The position numbers and the translations under genes are program-made. A stretch of 64,000 bases of DNA from Promethearchaeota archaeon (GTDB lineage: Archaea; Asgardarchaeota; Lokiarchaeia; Sigyniarchaeales; SOKP01), in contig JAGXNO010000004.1 in assembly GCA_019894975.1 (NCBI GenBank), positions 32,001 through 96,000 of the forward strand. Direction: 5' to 3'. Position 1 is the first letter of the stretch. Each line of letters begins with the position of its first letter. Below the pieces are notes generated by a model. The model did no database searches. It was given only the letters and a program-made list of their open reading frames with translations, and had not been told where the DNA came from. Positions 59,924-64,000 of this stretch are shown one piece after another.

Positions 59924-60466
59924 TTGTCTAATAATAGGAAAATGGATGAATACTCAGATTCAGATTGGAACTGGGATTTCTATGAGGAACTTGTAGATGA
60001 TGTTGAAGATAACAAAAACATTATCCAGTGTATATCGTGTGGAAAGTGTGTAGGAGATTGTCCCGCTGCGAAGGTATCCAATTTTAATATAAGAAAAATT
60101 ATCGGAAAAGTGTTACGTGGAGATAAAAGCGTCTTAAAAGATTCTGATATTTGGTTTTGTTACCTCTGTGAACGTTGCAAAAGAGTTTGCCCGAAAGACA
60201 ATATTAATATTCCATTGCTCATCATTAACTTACGGAATGAAAGTTTTAAAAAAGGCTTTGGCCCACGTTATAATGATTTGAGAAAGTATGTTGAAATGTC
60301 AGAGCGTTTTTTGACTTCAGGAGTCGTAGTTGAGGAACCCTTAGGAGAACCTCTTTTAAAAGAAAGGATTGAAGAATTAAATGAAATTTGTAACTTTGCT
60401 CGGATACAGTATGTATTTGCAAGTTCTACCAATAAAACTAAAAAAAAGAAGATAAAAAAGACTTAG
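59924..60466 (+). CDS. hdrC: Heterodisulfide reductase subunit C-like 2x[4Fe-4S] protein
   Basis: CISCGKCVGDCP and WFCYLCERCKRVCP. Confidence 0.82.
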   Translation: MSNNRKMDEYSDSDWNWDFYEELVDDVEDNKNIIQCISCGKCVGDCPAAKVSNFNIRKIIGKVLRGDKSVLKDSDIWFCYLCERCKRVCPKDNINIPLLIINLRNESFKKGFGPRYNDLRKYVEMSERFLTSGVVVEEPLGEPLLKERIEELNEICNFARIQYVFASSTNKTKKKKIKKT

Positions 60467-60467
60467 T

Positions 60468-61487
60468 TTGACAAACATGATTAAAAGCAATCTATCTTTA
60501 GATTTAGAAGAAATAGCGAGGACTCATTCAGATAGTCCCTTGGAATTTTTCACGGATAAGAAACTCTGTCTATTCAAAGCTTGCCTAGAATCTTATTTCC
60601 CCGGTGTAAGATTTGGCATCCAAGATTTACTCGAAGAGCTCAATTTGAAGGTGAGTGAGTGTAGCAACCAATCTTGTTGCAGTGGAACGTTCTTCCAAAG
60701 AAACCTGATGACACGAGCTCAATTTGCTGCCATAAATGAAAGAAATATCTATGAACTTAACCAGCAGGCTGATGTTGTATTTTTTAGTTGTAACGGTTGT
60801 TATAACTCCCTGATGAGAGGACGCGAATTTCTAAAAACTCAAGAGGTAACTGAAAAGACTAATGAAATATTAAATAGATTAAAGAAAAAAGTAGGAAATA
60901 ATAATCCAGAAAAATATAAAATCTTAGAAAATCCACATGTTCGGTTTATTCATGATTTAGATTTCTTCCATTTAATTAGAAATGATGTACTAAACTCATT
61001 AAAATTTGATTTAAAAAATCTCAAGGTAGCTGTTCATTACGGATGCCATTACCTTAATCTATCAAGAGATAAACGAACGGTTGAACCCTATTTAAAAGAT
61101 AAAACTAAGCTCGATAATTTAATAAAACTTTTTGGCGGTATCCCTGTAGATTATCAAGAAAAAGAGAGCTGTTGCGGTTGGGGTGCGTCACAAGTTTTAA
61201 TCAATCCTAAAGAAGCCTTAAAAATAACTTTTAATAAACTAGCTAGTGCAGAAGCTGTGGGTGCTGATTTTTTGGTAACCCCATGTCCTACCTGTTTATA
61301 CACATTAAGCAAACCTGAATATAGAGAAAAGATGCACAAATGGTATGGGAAAAAATTGGATATCCCTACAATTCACCTAAATGAATTAATCGCCATCCTA
61401 AGAGGATGTGAAGAAGAACGATGCATTACCCTTCGTAGGAAAACTCCTCGTCTTGAAGAGATTTTTGAAATAATCACTCAAGAATGA
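60468..61487 (+). CDS. hdrB: Heterodisulfide reductase subunit B-like CCG-domain protein
   Basis: CCSG..CNGC, HYGCH, CCG.G, PCPTC. Confidence 0.82.
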   Translation: MTNMIKSNLSLDLEEIARTHSDSPLEFFTDKKLCLFKACLESYFPGVRFGIQDLLEELNLKVSECSNQSCCSGTFFQRNLMTRAQFAAINERNIYELNQQADVVFFSCNGCYNSLMRGREFLKTQEVTEKTNEILNRLKKKVGNNNPEKYKILENPHVRFIHDLDFFHLIRNDVLNSLKFDLKNLKVAVHYGCHYLNLSRDKRTVEPYLKDKTKLDNLIKLFGGIPVDYQEKESCCGWGASQVLINPKEALKITFNKLASAEAVGADFLVTPCPTCLYTLSKPEYREKMHKWYGKKLDIPTIHLNELIAILRGCEEERCITLRRKTPRLEEIFEIITQE

Positions 61488-61492
61488 AATAT

Positions 61493-61888
61493 TTACATTT
61501 CTTCAATAGCATACCTCGGACATGAGTCTAAGCATAACAAACAACCAATACATTTTTCATATGAGAATTCTAATCTCTCATCCCCGTTGAAATGTAACGC
61601 ATCAGTTGGACATAATGAAATACAGCTTCCGCAATCTATACATTTTTCAATGTCCACTATTACCCGTCCCTTTTTATTTACGATTATATTGCTTTCAATA
61701 AGTGATTCCGTTATGGTTTTTACTTTTTCTTCAGGGATGTCCAACAACAAATTTATACCAGCTGAACCCGTCGAAAATTTTAAAATGTTAAATGTAATAT
61801 CATGCTTTAATATGTCATTTACAACTTTCGAATAATCATCGATATCTTTAACCAATCCAAAGGGGATAGATATATTTATAATCGTCAT
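61493..61888 (-). CDS. NIL domain + ferredoxin (MA1822-like; iron-sulfur partner of the homocysteine synthase)
   Basis: FNIL motif; CIDCGSCISLCP and CIGCLLCLDSCP. Confidence 0.85.
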   Translation of the reverse strand: MTIINISIPFGLVKDIDDYSKVVNDILKHDITFNILKFSTGSAGINLLLDIPEEKVKTITESLIESNIIVNKKGRVIVDIEKCIDCGSCISLCPTDALHFNGDERLEFSYEKCIGCLLCLDSCPRYAIEEM

Positions 61889-61891
61889 TTT

Positions 61892-63364
61892 TTACATCAA
61901 CTCCTCCGAAGTTATTATTCCGACTACTTTTTGGTTCTCATCGATAACGGGTAAAGCAGAAATGTTATTTTGTTTCATTTTTCTTGCTGCATTTCCGATT
62001 GGCTCATCATTAAATGTAGTAACCACACGTTTAGTAACAATTGAATCTAAATCATTCTTTTCATTCGCAATTGCTTTAGTAATATCAAAACTTGTTACAA
62101 TCCCCTTGAGTCTATTTTCTCTATCAGTGATTACAATATGGTTAATATTTTCTTTAATTATTTTTTGGGCAACTACTTTAATATCACAATCCTCATAACA
62201 AATTTCTGCTTTTTTCTTCAAGTCCTTTACAAATTTTAATTTTATTATTTGTTTCATTGGTTTAAAGACCGTATCTGTTGGGAGTGTTTCGGCAGGAGGA
62301 TTTAAATAGAATTTTCCCTTTTGAATCCATTCTTTAAGAGTGTTTGCAATTTTACGAGCATGATAAAATGAAGATAATGATGAACATTTTACTTTTTTAC
62401 CATCCAATTCTATATACTCACTTTTTAATTCTTTATAGTTAATTCGTCTCGGTTTTGGACGATCTCTCCTTGGTATTCCATAATCTACGATATCCGTTAT
62501 AAGTTCCTCATCACTAATTGCAGTTTTTTTTGCTAGACCTTCGTTTAAAATAGGGATTGGTATCCCAAGACCTACAAATAAAGATGTGCCATAATTCTCA
62601 TAAGTTACACCTCGTAAATATTCGGCACTCATTTGTTTTAAATCACCCTTAACAAACAGAGTTCCAAATTGATTAGTTGGGCTATGTTGAGTACCCTCGC
62701 CAATTACATATCCAATTCCCCCACCTAAGAATATTCTAGTTCCAATACCTATAGTTTCGTAGTCAGGATCGTTACTTAATGGACTTAAGCATCCTGCCCC
62801 AGCATAATGAGCATTTCCATAATGAGGTAATAATTTGCCCATATAAGTATATAGTGTTTTATCAGAGCTATTCACAGCACAAACATACCTTTGATATGCA
62901 TTTCGCGGATTACATAAAATTGCCTGATTAATTTCGTCTATAGTAAATTCTGTATCCACTTCTGCAAGAGGATAACAATCTGTGGTATAAGAATTACCTC
63001 TTAATCGTATTGGCTTTCCCGCAACAAGGTCTTCAATCACATGAGCACCGCCGTATTCAAAACGCTTTACATCTGATAGTTTAGTGCAACCAATATAACA
63101 ATCAACTGCAGCATTACCATGATATGCATTTACATCATTCAACCACAATTGTTCAAACTTTATCGGAGGATCAGAGTGCCCAAAATTCAAAAAAGCGCCA
63201 CTAGAACACATTGGACCGAACGTTCCAGTTGTTACAACATCAATCTCTTTAGCGGCTACCTTGACTCCATTATCGTTTACATATTTAACCATTTCTTCCG
63301 CAGTTAATACTACGGCATCACCATTTTTAATTTTTTCATTAATTTCTGCATAAGTTTTAGTCAA
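61892..63364 (-). CDS. Homocysteine biosynthesis protein (DUF39 + CBS; MA1821-like L-aspartate semialdehyde sulfurtransferase)
   Basis: DVVTTGTFGPMCSSG, YGGAHVIEDL, TDCYP, NPRNAYQ, YTYMG; C-terminal CBS pair. Confidence 0.9.
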   Translation of the reverse strand: MTKTYAEINEKIKNGDAVVLTAEEMVKYVNDNGVKVAAKEIDVVTTGTFGPMCSSGAFLNFGHSDPPIKFEQLWLNDVNAYHGNAAVDCYIGCTKLSDVKRFEYGGAHVIEDLVAGKPIRLRGNSYTTDCYPLAEVDTEFTIDEINQAILCNPRNAYQRYVCAVNSSDKTLYTYMGKLLPHYGNAHYAGAGCLSPLSNDPDYETIGIGTRIFLGGGIGYVIGEGTQHSPTNQFGTLFVKGDLKQMSAEYLRGVTYENYGTSLFVGLGIPIPILNEGLAKKTAISDEELITDIVDYGIPRRDRPKPRRINYKELKSEYIELDGKKVKCSSLSSFYHARKIANTLKEWIQKGKFYLNPPAETLPTDTVFKPMKQIIKLKFVKDLKKKAEICYEDCDIKVVAQKIIKENINHIVITDRENRLKGIVTSFDITKAIANEKNDLDSIVTKRVVTTFNDEPIGNAARKMKQNNISALPVIDENQKVVGIITSEELM

Positions 63365-63640
63365 ATCATCACCTAATTTTTCCTATGATATGATTTATTT
63401 GAGGTTCATTAAATTGTATTTAATATGAATATCTCCAATATAAATATTCAACATGTCAATTATGCATGTACCGCATAGAATATATTAAAAATGTGTATTT
63501 CTGATCTTATCACAAATTTTGTAGAATTAAGCTCAATTATCAGTAGAAGTTCATATTGTAATTGATCCAAATTATTTCTTAGAATGGTTTATATTCTTGT
63601 TTTGTTTTCAATAATTACCTAAAGCGTATTAAAAGATATA

Positions 63641-64000
63641 ATGGCAGAAATTACACCTTCCATGGGACCATCTAAAAGAAGTATAATCGCAATAGTTTTG
63701 TTAATCTTGACTACAGTATTATGGGGTACCTCTTTTATTATTACTAAAGACATCACCAAAGATGTCCCAATCTTTTTTTACATTGGCTTAAGATTCACAA
63801 TCGCTCTTGTAGGATTCATACCATTCTTCCCTCATTTAAAGCATCTTAATAAAAAAATTCTTCTAATGGGTTTAGGAACAGGGATGCTTTACTTTTTTGG
63901 GTTTGCGATTCAAACTATAGGACTTCAAACAACTACACCGGGAAAAACCGGTTTTATAACGGGATTGAGTGTTATTATTGTACCATTTATTGCATGGATT
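63641..64000 (+). CDS. EamA/DMT-family transporter (runs off window)
   Basis: Manual translation: LWGTSFIITK...LRF...QTIGL.TT.PGKTGFITGLSV..VP. Confidence 0.85.
   Translation, partial: MAEITPSMGPSKRSIIAIVLLILTTVLWGTSFIITKDITKDVPIFFYIGLRFTIALVGFIPFFPHLKHLNKKILLMGLGTGMLYFFGFAIQTIGLQTTTPGKTGFITGLSVIIVPFIAWI

Noticed and set aside
884-63307. Numerous 60-130 aa ORFs antisense to or nested within recognised genes (e.g. 884-1159, 3564-3893, 8324-8716, 37096-37407, 52895-53293, 59053-59343)
   Set aside because: Shadow ORFs overlapping well-supported genes, with no motifs of their own.
1-64000. rRNA, tRNA, CRISPR arrays, IS elements
   Set aside because: No GC-rich structured stretches, regularly spaced repeats or transposase/integrase ORFs were seen by eye.

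Overview
AT-rich archaeal chromosomal window, most likely from a Lokiarchaeia/Asgard archaeon. The assignment is inferred from tandem Roadblock, longin/uDENN-like, LRR-TPR, multiple MPN and long coiled-coil proteins alongside archaeal-type MoaA, AfpA and HdrBC. Contents in order: a Moco/W-cofactor operon (moaC-moaA-moaD-moaE-moeA-moaB-moeA-moaB') and a tupABC tungstate transporter, each preceded by a ModE-type operator; iscS/iscU; a copper-resistance island (PadR-TRASH regulator, copA) next to a 5'-truncated DUF4956 gene; cysteine synthase; a cluster of three MPN/JAMM coiled-coil genes; a ChlI/D-like chelatase; a di-myo-inositol-phosphate gene set; hdrC/hdrB-like genes; and the homocysteine-synthesis pair. 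Standout observation: the MPN/JAMM gene at 39041-40028 is interrupted inside its catalytic motif by a 31-nt insert (39353-39383). The insert folds with its flanks into a bulge-helix-loop/BHB-like tRNA-splicing-endonuclease substrate. The canonical cut positions restore both the reading frame and the exact H-x-H-x7-S-x2-D spacing, so this is a candidate tRNA-type intron in an Asgard protein-coding mRNA. No rRNA, tRNA, CRISPR array or transposase was recognised.
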